A DNA stretch of 64,000 nucleotides from Macrostomum hystrix (taxonomy: Eukaryota > Animalia > Platyhelminthes), in contig CATNEN010000029.1 in assembly GCA_950097015.1 (NCBI GenBank), positions 1,240,001 through 1,304,000 on the forward strand. Direction: 5' to 3'. Below the pieces are notes generated by a model. The model did no database searches. It was not told the origin of the DNA and was given only the letters and a program-made list of their open reading frames with translations. Shown here piece by piece: positions 63,501 through 64,000 of this stretch; positions within the stretch are counted from its first letter, which is position 1; each line of letters begins with the position of its first letter. Position numbers and translations under genes: made by a program.

Positions 63501-64000
63501 CTCAGATGAGGCTATTCTCAGATGAGACTATTCTCAGATGAGCCTAATCTCAGACGAGGCTTGGTGAGAGATGGCTAAGGGCAAATCCCAAATGCACAGT
63601 TAAGTGTACACTTGCTAGACCCAGTATATGTGATTATGAGCCTGTATGCATATGCATATCTTCAAAAGGACCCTGCGTCATCCTGTGTAACCAGGAGTGC
63701 GAAATCCCCAGACTCAAATCCTAAGCAATCCTTACTAGCATTGGCTGCAGAACAATCTGCTGTTGCTGCTGCAGCTGCACAAAGCCCTGCTCCGGATGCG
63801 GCGGAGTTGTTGACATTTGCGTCTCGTTGGCGCCGCTAACCAGCTCATCAGCATCAATGACGCCGTCGGTTGTCATCGCGCAGCCGGCGGCTCGGCCGCT
63901 GTGCGAGCGGAAGCTCAGCCTCGAGGCCCAGCGACGAATTCGGCGAAATGACGACTGTCGCAGCCGATAGAGCGAGGCGAAGCTGTGCTCGCGTGTGCCA
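60517..64000 (-). CDS. RSKR: AGC-like kinase, RSKR/SGK494 family; 5' end beyond the window
   Basis: Exons 61074-60517, 61420-61332, 62803-62305, ~63267-63068 and probably 64000-63736. [18 protein letters not shown] pre-kinase motif as recalled for SGK494; [36 protein letters not shown]. The join between the two most 5' exons is not fully phase-resolved. Confidence 0.88.
61465..62270. repeat. 22-bp intronic minisatellite
   Basis: Unit gaatcccatcctgaatagggaa. Confidence 0.93.
62865..63030 (+). mobile_element. SINE family A degenerate copy in a kinase intron
   Basis: gcctctcgcaccaaggtccctgagctcgaatccgc...gcagcagcacagagaaggctt...gacaatgagaaagtcagggc. Confidence 0.7.
63405..63557. repeat. 16-bp intronic minisatellite
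   Basis: Unit gaggctattctcagat. Confidence 0.9.

Overview
Eukaryotic (animal) genomic DNA, not prokaryotic: GC-rich exons, GT-AG introns, polyQ/polyA tracts and very roughly 30% of the window in locus-specific tandem repeats. The style suggests an invertebrate such as a free-living flatworm (inference only; no search run). Host genes reconstructed by hand from splice sites: the last two exons of a CLIC-family channel (-), an SLC34 Na/Pi cotransporter (-), an unknown tail-anchored polyQ protein (-), a fascin (+), LRSAM1 (-), a two-exon secreted cysteine-rich defensin/mytilin-like precursor (+; mature exon absent from the ORF track), and an RSKR/SGK494-like kinase (-, running off the window end). 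Mobile DNA: a spliced KDZ/Zisupton-type transposase; a pair of inverted ends made of a 59-bp minisatellite plus a shared ~100-bp segment (3494-4174 and 14144-15520); an HMG-box-like gene beside the second end; a 483-bp MITE with a 9-bp TSD; an internally deleted Crypton-like element; a 5'-truncated RNase H-bearing LINE inserted in a minisatellite; and two tRNA-derived SINE families. Best leads: the mytilin-like peptide precursor, the KDZ element architecture with orphan gene fragments between its inverted ends, and a fascin with Ala at the PKC site (Ser39-equivalent). Exon coordinates were hand-derived and checked for phase; repeat boundaries are approximate.
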